Numbered from the stretch's first letter, positions 25,801 through 37,605 are shown. The stretch: DNA of 64,000 nt from Monocercomonoides exilis PA203 (GCA_001643675.2 LSRY02000067.1:62001-126000), one strand, 5' to 3'. The notes: generated by a model from the sequence alone, not told the origin. Numbers and translations: made by a program.

Positions 25801-27194
25801 ATATGTTTCCCATCGAAAAAAAATTGTTTTATTTGTCTGGACTGTTTTTCAAATGAATATAGAGATGATTTCGGTGAAGATCACACAGTCCAAAAGACTC
25901 TGAAAAAAACAATACTAGGGGGTATTGTTGGGTTAACTGCCGTTATTTTTGTATTCTGTGCGCTAGTTTGGGTAATTACTTCATTTTTCGCTTTTGACAA
26001 AATTGAAACAAGAACAACAACAGATGTGTCGATGGAAGAAGAAGCACAAACAGTGATTAATAACGAAAAAATTGTTGTGGAATTGACGTTGATGGACTAT
26101 TCAGGAGAATGTATTGGTGCTCCAGAAAATACAGATAAGGAACTATCAGGCCAATGTTCTGATAATTTGGGACTTGGAAAGCAATTTTTTGATGTATTTG
26201 GTGTGCCTTTTTTTTCCCATAAAAAGTCATATTTCTTAATTTTATAATCTTTTATTAATTTTTTTCTATCTTTCACGTGAAATGATGAAATTGCATAGAT
26301 TGGTATGAGAAAGATATTGGAATATTCAAAGAGAGCAAAAAAAGTATTATAAATTGCACGCAAAAACCATCTTCAAACCATTTTTATCCTCCCACACATG
26401 ACTGCAAAATAACTGTTGAAGCAAACGAATTATCATTGAAGTTAGAAAACCCTCGGGCAACGTTTTTTTCTTTGTTTTCATCTGAAAGAGAAGCCTCATG
26501 CAGAGCTTTAAAAGTGCGAGCGTCTGTTGACTCAGCTGTGCCTGTGCAAAAGAAAACCGTTGATGGACCAGACAATTATCAGTCAATTATGGAAAATATT
26601 TATGTTAGTGATGAAGAACATGTGATTCATGGATCAAATCCCACAAACATCACGTTAAAGCTAATTCCTTCGATTTATAAGGACGAAATGAAAATTTTTG
26701 GTTCAAACTTAGAAAAAGGACATCTGATTAACCAGATTTCATTTGATACAGTCTCGTTGGCAGATGACACAGATATATATTTTTCTGTCGGATTTGGTGT
26801 AAATGTCCAGATAAAAATTGAGAAAAATGTTGCTGTTACCGAACATTTGCACAAATCTTCGTTAATGGGGCTGGTCGCTTTGATTGGAGGAGCACTTTCG
26901 TATTTCCGTTTATTTGGGATTGTTGTATGTGCTGCTGATTTTGGTTGTGATGATAAGTGTTGTGGTTGTTGTGGTCATTGTCGTTGCACACATTGCCCGT
27001 GTTACAAAGAAAAGAAGACAAATAAAGCAAATGAAAGTGATTTGGGTCGTAATGATAAAAGTTGTGGTTGTTGTCGTTGCGCACATTGCCCATGTTACAA
27101 AGAAAAGAAGAAAAATAAAAAGGGTGAAGCAAAGAATCCTAAAGAAGAAGAGATGACAGTTACGAACAGTCAAAATAGAGAAAATGAGTATTAA
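22822..27194 (+). CDS. Signal peptide + Kelch repeats + GCC2/GCC3-like Cys-rich repeats + three TM helices + Cys-rich tail
   Basis: Signal peptide MRFLFLLVFVSLNCVC. Repeated Kelch motifs (LYIFGG...NDLWEFD...EW; LFVYGG...DMYVYD...RW). CSPGTY/CGRGQFS/CPKGTY repeats. GT-AG intron 26201-26298 joins ORF 22822..26247 to the frame of 26436..27194 (…DVFD|WYEKD…). TMs near 25740-25810, 25910-25990 and 26860-26935. Confidence 0.85.
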
Positions 27195-27743
27195 TCCATT
27201 CAAAACATTTTGATCTTGCATTTTAACTGTTTAAAAAAAAATTATTTTTCTTTTTCTTTCTTTTCTATTACTTTTTTTGTAATTCAAAAATGTTGCGATT
27301 TCGTGAAAATTGCTCTCTCTTCTCCTGAATTGTACTTTCTCCCCAACTCTGACTTTCATTTTCTGGCTCCAAAATATTTCATTTTTGAGAAAACGCATAT
27401 TTGACAAATTTGCGTTTTTGGCAATAACTCATCTTATTTTATCCTCGCCGGATGCCATGTGTCTTTTTAGTTTTTGTTTCTGCAATGTCTTGACCAAGAT
27501 GTTTTGCGACAACTAACTATTTCAAAGTCCATTCAAATCCTTGTTATGGATTAATTTTTCATTTCTAGCTTGTTTTTATTAATTTTTATTTGTTTTTGTT
27601 TTTTATTTTGTATATATATACATATGGAACGAAATTTTTTATTTCTTAAATTTTGTTCCAAACAGTATTTTCTAATTTTATTCTCGATTAGGGTGCGTGT
27701 TTTATCTTGATCTCAAATTATTTATCTCAACCCTATTTTTTTG

Positions 27744-27776
<33 letters not shown>

Positions 27777-28659
27777 GATTACCAAATCATGAATATTTGA
27801 TACAATGCAGATAAAATTGGGAAATTTGAATTAATGGAGGTTTTTTAATAACCCTCTGTTAATTTGAATAAAGACCACTTAATTCAAATTAAAGGCCAAA
27901 AATTAAAAATCAACAAGAGATTTTGAATTAGAAAAGATCATTTTGATTTATAATAATTGTGGGAAGGGAAAATAAAACATACAAAAAACACTGAAATAAT
28001 TGAAGTGGAAATAAAAGAAAAATCAAACTTTTTTTTGACAGTCTTATTAACCAAACCTTGAAAATTCTACGGAAGCTTGTTAACACGCTTTAATTAAATA
28101 AATTTTAAATAAATAATTTGCAGATAAAGTGAAAATATTATTTGTTTTGAGTTTTGTGTGAAGAAAGATTCGCTTCGAAGATAATTTTTATCGTTTTTGC
28201 ATTAATAATGAAAAGAAAACAACATAATTCTGATAATTTCACGAGAAAAATATTTCCCTGCAAACTTTTCATTAAGCTGTTAATATTTTCACAACAAACA
28301 TTGCACAGCGACGTTTAAGTTGAAAAATCAAAGGCTAATTTCTTTTGCTTTTATCATTTCCTCAATTTCATTTAATTCTGTCTATCATGTTTTTTCCTGA
28401 TGTTTCTATTTCAAAAATTAAAAATGATCTTTCTCTTTTTCTTTCTTAAAAAACTCCCTCTTTCTTTTCATCTTGTAAGTCATCTTTATTTTCGTCATCA
28501 ATTCTTTCAACCTTTTCATTCTTCATCCTCGCAAACATGTTATGCAGGCTACTTTTCAAAGAATAGTGAATCTTCTTTGTACCTTCGCTTCTGTTTCCAT
28601 TAAAATATCTCTTTCTAATTATTTTTCAGCTCCTCTGTTTCTAAAGCACTCGTTTTTCT

Positions 28660-30570
28660 TTGCTCATTAAGTTGCTTGTAAAAGTGGAGCTTCTCACAGA
28701 AAACGAATTGGCAGGGGCAGATGAGGCGAATGAGATGCACCCGCAATTGGTAGCTGTCTATCGGTGTTGTGGAGCTGAGTCGATGTTGGTGATGGTGCAG
28801 TTGGTGAGGGAGAGGGAGAGGACAGGGGAGGTGGCAGAGGAGAGGACACAGCTGGAGAGGAAGGCTGTGGAGGTGATGTGCGTTATATTGGAGGAATTGA
28901 GGGTGAGGGGAGCTGTGAGGGAGGTGAGGTGGAAGATGCTTTGGCTGTTGAGGGCGAGTTGGGTGATTGCTGTGTGGTTGAGTGCAAGTGAGCCAGCAGT
29001 GAGGAAGAAGAGGGGTGTGGTGATTGATGATGAAGATGGGGTTGTTCTGGTGATGGTGGTTGTGTTGAGATTGAGAGAAGGGGAGTTTTGGGAAAGGTGG
29101 AAGAGGATGGGGGTGATTTGGTTTGAGGAGTTGTGGGCGATGGCGAGGGCAGAGACTGTGAGGGAGCCCTGGGTCTGTTGGAAGAGGGCAGAAGTGGCAG
29201 ATGGATCGGGGGATGATGATGAAGAGGAAAATGATGACAGAGGTTGAGGAATTCCACTGGATGCGATGGTGGTGGCAGTTGTTCCATTTCCAGTGACTTA
29301 TGTTTCAGCAGCATTGAAGGTGAGAGTCTGAGTTGGAACAAATATTGAGATGAGGAGTGTGAGTGAAGCATCTTGGAAAAGAACAAAACCGCTGAGCGCA
29401 TATTCAATGGTGGCACATGGGGTTTGTTGGGGTCTGCCACAGGCATCGACATCAGTTCCATTGCTGGCAACGATTTTGTTCTGGGCAACGAGGTGGAGCC
29501 AGCCATCAAAAGTTTCATTGTCTGCTTGTCCATTATTGTACACTCTTTTTGTTGGAGTTGTTGAGCCACAATTCTCGAATGGAGATTGAGTGATGCTGCT
29601 TCCACTGAAGAACACATCGTTTCCTCTGCCATTGGCTGCAGTGTTGCCATCAAAGAAACAGAATGTGATGAATTTTATTCCATTCATCCAGGAAAAAGTT
29701 GAATAGAAGAAAATGGCAGCACCTCCAAAAGATGCGGAAGCAGTCAGTTTGTTATTAATAAATCGGCAATCATTGATAGAAAACTGGCTTGGTTTGTTTC
29801 CTGGAGGATTATAAAATGTGAGTGAACCAGCAGAATCTCCACCGGAATTTGAAATGCACTTGCATTTGGAAAACAGGAATTGACCGTTTGATGGGAAACC
29901 GCCAATATTAAAATACCAACCAGTTCCGCACCAATTTGTGATCGAACAACTTTCCACTCTGTTTTCTGAGAATGAATAAACGGAATTTGACTGTGGGGTA
30001 TATATTACAACAGCTCCTCCATGAGTGGCCGAACAACTTGTGAACGTGGATTTTGTGAGAGAGATTTTCAACAAACGATCACAACATAACGCTCCACCTG
30101 CAGTATTACCTGTACATGAACAATTGTGAAATGAACAAGAAGTGATGGTGAGGTTGGCATTTGTGCAGTTGACTTTTAGAGCACCTCCATAATCATTTTG
30201 TCCATTTGAATCGTTCCATTCACACCATTCAAAGCGATGGCTGTTTTCATCGAATGAGCCCAATCTTCCAGGTGATTTTCTTTGAGATTTTGTTCCAACG
30301 TGAACGATAGGTGCATTTGGAGAAGAACGTGCTTGGTGAAGAAAAGAAGAATTGAATACAGAAAGAGAAATGGATTGGCTGTTGAGGGAAGGGAGGATTG
30401 AACAGTCGATGGTGTTTTGAGTGAGTTAGAAGAGACAACTGAAGAAAAGGACGAGAGAGAATTAATTGTGTGATCAAAATAATTTTATATGTGTTTGCAA
30501 GTAATTCTGAGTAAAAATACTTCAAATTTTTGATCATCCATATATGAAAGGCTTTCTGTGCTTTAGGCAT
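28660..30570 (-). pseudogene. Fragmented beta-helix surface-protein family gene
   Basis: ORF 29298..30263 has YGGAL, AGGAL, HGGAV, FGGAAI and GTDVDACGRPQQTPCATI. Flanked by frameshifted segments. The continuation to ~28660 contains stops. Confidence 0.7.
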
Positions 30571-31708
30571 GAAAGAAAAATGTGTAATCGGCTAAATAAT
30601 TAGATAAATATCGAAAAAGTTGAATTTGATAAAAAATAGAAATGTTTATTACTCGACAGGAAATCTTGAAAAACAACCAAACATTCTTTTTAAAATTCAG
30701 TGTTTTATATATGTTTTGTTAATGATTTTTAACATTGTCTTTAAACAAGGTGAAAAATGAAAACAAATATCATTTGAAAAAAGCTGTAGATTGAAACGGG
30801 AAAAGCAGAGTAATCCAAAGTGAATAGATAGACATTTCATTGAAGTTGCTACTGGTGAAACAATTATAAGAAACAACTTTCAATTGCGAAGAAATAAACT
30901 AAAAATTTGATGAAGCTTTTATGATTTGTATATTGGGAAAAATGAATTTTTAATAGTAATAATCAGACGTACTCGCATTACATAACTCACGTTTTCGATA
31001 ACATAGGTTGGAATAGCACTTTAAACGAATTATTGAATTATTCTATTTTTTTTAGAAGTTGATTATTGAAAGATCAAAATTTTTGCAAAAAGAGAATCAA
31101 AAAAAAAACTTCAGTATTTCATATCAATCTTTCATGCTAATAATCTGACACAATCATTTTTCATGTTTTGCACATTCAATTCAAAATAGGATGAAGATTT
31201 TAAAAATAAGCAAGTCAATTAAAATAAATAGGGGTTATTTAAAATAACCCCCACAATTTTAAATTATTTTTCTATTTAAATTATGTGATTCAATCTGCAT
31301 TGAATCTATTGTTTTATGTTATTAAGTTTCAAATGTTTTGAATCAAAATAAATAATCAAAGAATAGCAATTTATCTATTAAACATTTGTTTTATAAATTT
31401 ACATGTAATTTTTGAAACAAAAAACGAAAATTCGAAAATAACTCAAGAATGTTCCTTTTCTTGCCTTGGAGCAGACTTTTATTAATCATATCTCTTGACT
31501 ATATTAAACAAAGAAAGAGGAATTAATCTCAATCCAGACAAAAGACAAAAATCTACTAAAATTGTTTTCAACTAAATACAATAAAAATAGCTCACTTTTT
31601 TATAGAATTCATTAAATAACATGATTTACAATAAATAAAAGTGATAAAATGTTCTTAAAATTAAAAACATTCTTTTGCTTTTAAAAAAAAGAATTTCTTT
31701 TTATTCTT

Positions 31709-34700
31709 TCAGTCTTCCATCCAAGGCTCTTGACTGTCAAAAGGAATTTTGAATTCTTGTGTTGTCGAAGAAGTCAAAGTGCTCATCGTATTCATCGAAT
31801 AGTTGCCTTTGCTCATCATCGGCTCGGTCAGAGCAAGCATCTCCTTCATTTTCTTCAGCTTCTTCGTGTAATGTCTGACCGCAATCGCACTCACGGCAAC
31901 TAATGCAACACTCACACACGCAATCACCGCAATCGCCCACACAGGAAACTTTGCCTCAGTCTTCTGCGGCTTTGAAGCACTCAGCATGAACACCTGCACA
32001 CGCTCCTGCTGCTCCTCCGTCTTCCAATACAAAAGCGTCACTGACACCGACGCGTCTTTGTCCATTTCGGAAAATGTCTCCTGCGGAATCTCTCCTTCCG
32101 CATACGTCTCGTTCATATGCTTCGAAAACTCAAACACTTTGCTGCATTCGGCGCTATTTGAAGTATAATTCACCTCAAACGTCAAGTTGCAGGGAATCAG
32201 TTTTTCGCCTTTAAACACAATCGTCGGGTTAACTCTTGTGCTGACATACTCCACCGAATTAAGCGCCGGTCTGAAAAACAGCGGAAGCTCTTCTTTGATT
32301 GCTGCCCCAGTCACATTACAGCTTTCCCGCTGCATCCAAAGCGAGGAGCCTGTTTCCACGCCATCACCGCTCTTCAGCTTGTCAATGAGAAGACTGCCTT
32401 CGACACAGCGGATGTTGTGCAAGGCAGAAGGGAAGCCCTCAAACTTCGGCGAGTTCAGGCTGAACGAGCAGTCGTCGATGCTGACTCTGCTCTTCAGAAC
32501 ATACAGCCCGCCAACGGAGCATCTTTGGAAGGAGACATTTATCAGCTTCACTTGGTTAGACAAGAACGCATACAACGCTCCCGTCTTCCAATCACAAGGC
32601 GAACGCACGCTGTTGTTTGCGATGCTTTCAGATAGATCAGAGAACAGCACCGAATGCAGACGTGGCTTCAACAGAAAAGAAGAAGGAATGATAAGACAAT
32701 CAGCGTTTGCTCCAAATGCTGCTGCTTCGACGCGCTCTGTTTCATGCTGCTCTTCTGGATGATGTCGAATCTCGGAGAATTCGCCTTGGTCAATCAGCAC
32801 ATTACACTTCTGAATGTTAACAGCACATCCAATGTTAAAGTTCACAGAGCAGTCCTTGATTGAGATGCTTGTGATACTCAGCTGCGAATAAAGATTCATC
32901 AAATAAATAAGCCCTTCGGAACGAGGACCCGCATCGACTTTATTAAAAACGAGAGAAGACAACTTGATGAAGCATCCATTTGAACTGGAAGGATTAACCA
33001 AGCTTCCAGACCGGCTGCTGCTGAGAGACAAGCTCCCAGATGAATTGGGACTGTAGATTTTGATCGCCATCCAGTTGAACAGGTCCACATTTACCATCTC
33101 CAAATGATCGATTGTCAGCGGCACTCGGTCGTCATCGTCTCCTTCCGGATAGTCCAAGCGCTCAATCTCAATTATTCCTTCGAAATTGGGATCCTTTTTG
33201 AACGACACGTTGTATATCCGTGTTGATGTGAGGTTGACAATCGTGGAGGGATTCAAATCAAAAAGTTTGCTTTGAAAGAGAAGATCGCATATGTGAATAT
33301 TAGTGGCAAACAATTTTCCTTTCAAGGTCTGTATCAAAATTGGAGTTATCAGCACATTTTCACTGCTCGATTCATCAGAACTGAATTCGCACGAGTCAAG
33401 CATAAGATCGCCTTCTTTCATCCGAATGAAAATCGAATGGCTTGTTCCGAACTCCGGCGAGAATGAAAAGATCAGCCGCTGCATCTGCGTCATCACAGAA
33501 CACTCAAACACCGCCAGCCCAGCCACATAGGAAAGCACCGTTGAGTTCACAAACACCGTCGCCGATGACCCGATATCCCTTTGTGTCAGCCCAGAATTCG
33601 TGAGTCGGATGTCGCTGGTGAGTGTGGTGTTGTCGATGATGCACAGCGACCCGTACTCTGTCAGCGACAGATGGTTCACTCCTTTCGTGAGCGAGTAGCA
33701 CGGATTGCTGATCTCTCCACAATCTTGGTTGTCTTCGCTTGCAGATGACACATACACATAAATCAGGCGCGTGTACGCAAACAGCCGGATCACATCCACA
33801 ACCTCACTCTCACCCGCATCCATCGCAGCAATCGCTAAGTTTTCCTCAATCTTCGCAGCATCCAGCGGAAACAAGATGTCATTCAACTGTTTTCTATAAT
33901 CCTTGCAAAGCAGAAAGGCCAATGGACCATGCTTTGCCGTGTTTGAAGAGCTCTGAACGAGATTGAAGGTGATCAACGCCAACGAAGTGATGTCTGTGCC
34001 GTGCATAGACAAGTCGATATACGCAGCTCCTCCGCTTCCTCCGTTCGAGCAAAAGCAGCTTGTGAATTTAACACCCAAAAAATAGCATCCGTACTTATTG
34101 TCGGAGGTCGTACAGATAACTCCTCCTTTCATCGAATTCCTGTTTCCGCAGCTTTCAAACGAAGAATTCTCAAATTTCATCACTTGGTTGATCTCTGCAA
34201 ACACAACCTCATCTGTGTCAGACACAAACGATGCTGCCGCCCCTGAACTTCCACTGTCAGCACGTTGAACACAAACAACATTGCAATTATCCAGATGGAA
34301 TGTGCCTGTGTGGTTGGAACGGGCAAAAAATGACGTTCTATCGAAAGAGAGATGTGATATGTTGCAGTTATGAAGCAGATACTCAGAATCAGTGGTGGAA
34401 AGGAGAAGCGGTCGGAGAATTTGATACTTATAATTTGAGCTGACGCAAGAAGAAGAAGAAGAAGAATGAATATCATTCGCATCATCGAGTTTGGTTGTGA
34501 TGGTGATTCCCTGAAACGAAACCACCCTCTTCCTCTTCGCACTTGACACCTCAAAAAGCGTCATAGAAGTGCTTGCCCACGACGACTCATTGATAAAAAA
34601 AGTGAGGGTTCGGAACTGCGCTTCGGCATCCTTAATTAAAAACAGAGATTGGGTGGCGGATTGGCTGTCAGATGTTAATCCCTGTGTGGTGTCGATGATG

Positions 34701-36691
34701 TTCTTGAATGGGCTTTGGCCTTCAATAAGTGCAGCTTGAAACTCAAGCACAATAGTTCGCGTCTCCTTCATCAGCATATCTGCCTCGACGTGGATACTCT
34801 TCCTGTACTTCGGAAATTTCTGGTTGATTGCAAAGAAGATGGACTCACACGGCAGCTGCCCAGCTGCCCCGCACAGATCATCTTTGTCTGCTGCATCTGG
34901 CCCTCCCACCGCACGAAAAGGAATCCGGATGAGGGTGCTGCTTATGTCAACAAAAGCATCGTTTGCCTTCGCAAAAAGGGAAGAGTGGGCAAAGGAGTTG
35001 GTGAAGCATTGCGAAAAGATGTTCTTCGGTTCGCTGATGACGCCATTACTGTCAAAGATGATGGCGTCATTCGCATAAACCTCCACAAGTTTCTTGTTGT
35101 AATTCGATTCAAACCGGCAGCCAAAGAACAAAGCGGAATCTGCTTCTGTCAAACGCCCTTTGCCGCACATCCAAAACAACCCGCCAGCATCATTTGCACT
35201 ACACTGCATGAAGAAGCAATCTGTAGCACACGGATGTTGATGAGAGTTTTCGTTCTTTACGAAGCAGCCGCCTCCAGAGCCGTGTACTGAAAACATGCAG
35301 TTATTCGAGCGAAACTCGCAAGAGATTATCAAATAGAACCTCTGTTCGTTCGCATCTGAATGTTCAGAAAGGTGAAGTTTGGAAGAGGTTGTTCCGTTAA
35401 AAGGAGGCTCAATGCCTGCTTCTGGGGGCTCTGATTGGATTGATGATGTGGAAGAAGGTGTTGATGACGTAGATGAAGTGAGTGAAGTGGGTGATGCGAA
35501 TGATGCATACATTGTAATTACCACAGGATTATCGCCACTTACACTTTCTGCAAACAAGCCTGCACCATTTTCTTTGCACGAGCAATCTGAAAAAACAGTT
35601 TCAGAAAATATCGCCCTCTTCGATATTGAGGAGACATGGACAGCACCGCCACAGCCTCTGGATGCTATACACATCGAGAACGAAGACTGATTCACTTCAA
35701 CAGAATTAACATGTCTGAAAAAAATGGCTCCCCCATCTTGAGTTGCATCGCATTCGAGGAACGAGCAACGCAGCACAGAAATTTTAATAGACGTGTGATT
35801 ATGCGAAAAAAGCGCTCCGCCGCAGGACGAAGGGTCGTTTAGAGGATGATTAATGTCATCGACTTTGCACCTCTTAAATGTATCATCTGAAAATGCACTG
35901 TTTGTATTTGGTGTTATAATCGTTTGATTGTTGTGAACATTGTTAGCAACGGAGTTTTTAAGTCGAATGCAATTGCTGTAAGTATTATTGGAAGATCGAA
36001 AATCCCAGCCATCATTGCAAAACCCATGAACAAGTGATCCATATAAATAATTATCAACCGAAAATAAATAATTGCAACGCAACGTAGATGAACAAAGAGA
36101 CTTGTCTAAGCAATTTGAATATGGAAATTGAACGCTCTCTTCTCTACGTAATGAGGTGAAATTGCTGAATAATGAAGAAACAATTGTCTCTTCGCAATGA
36201 TATCCTTGAGACAAAAATGAAGAATATGAAGGAAAGAATAATAAAAGAGATGATGCAGAAGTTGATTCAAGAAACACTTTTGAACTTGGAGATGATGCTT
36301 CCACAAGATTACTAACAGAATTATTTATGCAAGAAAAAAAGAAGGATATATTCGAAAAATAAACGCTACCGCATGATCTTATGATAGGACGCAAATTTAA
36401 AGATTTGAATTCAAGAACATTGCGCTTGGCCACAAAAGATGATTGAGAATCCAATGAAGATAAAGCATCAAATGAATGATGAAAAGTTTTAAGATTAATC
36501 AACGTAAGTGATGAGTTTATAATTGAAAAAATAAAAGAATCAGAATTTATGTTCGTTTGCATATGCTGAGACAATGATGAACTTGCAATTATTGTCGAAT
36601 AAGCATTTTGTTTATTAGAACGTTGAGGGCTTTGCAAAAATGAAACAGCGTTAACTATAATTGTACACCATGAAAAGCATATTAATATCAT
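31709..36691 (-). CDS. Intact ~1660-aa type-I membrane protein with parallel beta-helix (GGA-motif) repeats
   Basis: Uninterrupted ORF. First ATG at 36691 gives signal peptide MILICFSWCTIIVNA. Repeated CGGAL/DGGAI/CGGAV/KGGVI/SGGAA motifs and two D..CG....PC caps. C-terminal TM VWAIAVIACVSVALVAVSAIAV followed by a basic stop-transfer RHYTKKLKK. Confidence 0.9.
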   Translation of the reverse strand: MILICFSWCTIIVNAVSFLQSPQRSNKQNAYSTIIASSSLSQHMQTNINSDSFIFSIINSSLTLINLKTFHHSFDALSSLDSQSSFVAKRNVLEFKSLNLRPIIRSCGSVYFSNISFFFSCINNSVSNLVEASSPSSKVFLESTSASSLLLFFPSYSSFLSQGYHCEETIVSSLFSNFTSLRREESVQFPYSNCLDKSLCSSTLRCNYLFSVDNYLYGSLVHGFCNDGWDFRSSNNTYSNCIRLKNSVANNVHNNQTIITPNTNSAFSDDTFKRCKVDDINHPLNDPSSCGGALFSHNHTSIKISVLRCSFLECDATQDGGAIFFRHVNSVEVNQSSFSMCIASRGCGGAVHVSSISKRAIFSETVFSDCSCKENGAGLFAESVSGDNPVVITMYASFASPTSLTSSTSSTPSSTSSIQSEPPEAGIEPPFNGTTSSKLHLSEHSDANEQRFYLIISCEFRSNNCMFSVHGSGGGCFVKNENSHQHPCATDCFFMQCSANDAGGLFWMCGKGRLTEADSALFFGCRFESNYNKKLVEVYANDAIIFDSNGVISEPKNIFSQCFTNSFAHSSLFAKANDAFVDISSTLIRIPFRAVGGPDAADKDDLCGAAGQLPCESIFFAINQKFPKYRKSIHVEADMLMKETRTIVLEFQAALIEGQSPFKNIIDTTQGLTSDSQSATQSLFLIKDAEAQFRTLTFFINESSWASTSMTLFEVSSAKRKRVVSFQGITITTKLDDANDIHSSSSSSCVSSNYKYQILRPLLLSTTDSEYLLHNCNISHLSFDRTSFFARSNHTGTFHLDNCNVVCVQRADSGSSGAAASFVSDTDEVVFAEINQVMKFENSSFESCGNRNSMKGGVICTTSDNKYGCYFLGVKFTSCFCSNGGSGGAAYIDLSMHGTDITSLALITFNLVQSSSNTAKHGPLAFLLCKDYRKQLNDILFPLDAAKIEENLAIAAMDAGESEVVDVIRLFAYTRLIYVYVSSASEDNQDCGEISNPCYSLTKGVNHLSLTEYGSLCIIDNTTLTSDIRLTNSGLTQRDIGSSATVFVNSTVLSYVAGLAVFECSVMTQMQRLIFSFSPEFGTSHSIFIRMKEGDLMLDSCEFSSDESSSENVLITPILIQTLKGKLFATNIHICDLLFQSKLFDLNPSTIVNLTSTRIYNVSFKKDPNFEGIIEIERLDYPEGDDDDRVPLTIDHLEMVNVDLFNWMAIKIYSPNSSGSLSLSSSRSGSLVNPSSSNGCFIKLSSLVFNKVDAGPRSEGLIYLMNLYSQLSITSISIKDCSVNFNIGCAVNIQKCNVLIDQGEFSEIRHHPEEQHETERVEAAAFGANADCLIIPSSFLLKPRLHSVLFSDLSESIANNSVRSPCDWKTGALYAFLSNQVKLINVSFQRCSVGGLYVLKSRVSIDDCSFSLNSPKFEGFPSALHNIRCVEGSLLIDKLKSGDGVETGSSLWMQRESCNVTGAAIKEELPLFFRPALNSVEYVSTRVNPTIVFKGEKLIPCNLTFEVNYTSNSAECSKVFEFSKHMNETYAEGEIPQETFSEMDKDASVSVTLLYWKTEEQQERVQVFMLSASKPQKTEAKFPVWAIAVIACVSVALVAVSAIAVRHYTKKLKKMKEMLALTEPMMSKGNYSMNTMSTLTSSTTQEFKIPFDSQEPWMED

Positions 36692-37058
36692 CAAAATTGA
36701 TGATGAAAGCAAATACTATCTCAACAGTAAGACAGAATTTGCAATAAATTATAAAAAATATTTGATCTCTTTCATAATAAATTATGCTTTTTCATGAAAA
36801 TTAACATTAAACCTATTTTTTTATTATCTATATGTAAATAGAATAGAACATCTCTCCAAATAAAGCAGAGACGTGTTTTTATTAAAATATTATGATGTAA
36901 ACAAAACATTTTTCAAAATAATTACGTGTTTCAATCATATATCATGAATCCGAAAATGAAATGAAAACAAAATTCGTATATGCGACAAATAATTTTCACC
37001 ATTTTCCCCAAATATCTCAAATATTAAATTAACTCCATTAAAAGTTTTTCAACAATTA

Positions 37059-37436
37059 CAGATATCGCATAAAATAACTGACATCGCTCAAAATACCGGA
37101 CAAGATCGATTTCACAATAACCGCAAGAAGAAAAATTCTGACAAATTTCCTGAAAATATATCTCGTCAACGCAAACTCATTTGATAAACGAGACTTTCAA
37201 AATAGCTTCATTTGTGCTCAGAAATAATTAATGATTGAAATTTCGGAGAAACTCAAAATCCTATTTCTCCGAGTTTTCTTTTTTAATTTTCTCAGAGTAC
37301 AAATGAAGCTATTTTGAAAGTCTCGTTTATAAATTGAGTTTGTTTTGATGAGATATATTCTGAGGAAAATTGTCAGAATTATTTCTCTTGCAGTTATTGT
37401 GAAATCAATCTTGTCCGGTATTTTAAGCGATATCTG
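37059..37436. mobile_element. Foldback MITE of Tc1/mariner-pogo type
   Basis: TA|CAGATATCGC ... GCGATATCTG|TA ends (TA duplication). ~160-bp imperfect inverted arms (37059-37220 vs ~37293-37436). Central stem TCGGAGAAA/TTTCTCCGA. Confidence 0.75.
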
Positions 37437-37605
37437 TATTGCTGTTCAATTGTGTGCAGATATTCACTGTTCTTGTTAATTGTTAATTCTTTTTGTATCA
37501 TTGAAAAAAAAGAAAAACATAAATTTGATGAATATTTTGTTTATTTGATCATGTTATTTTTGAAATGCTCAATGAAACATGAATGAAAAAAACTCTTAAA
37601 CATAT

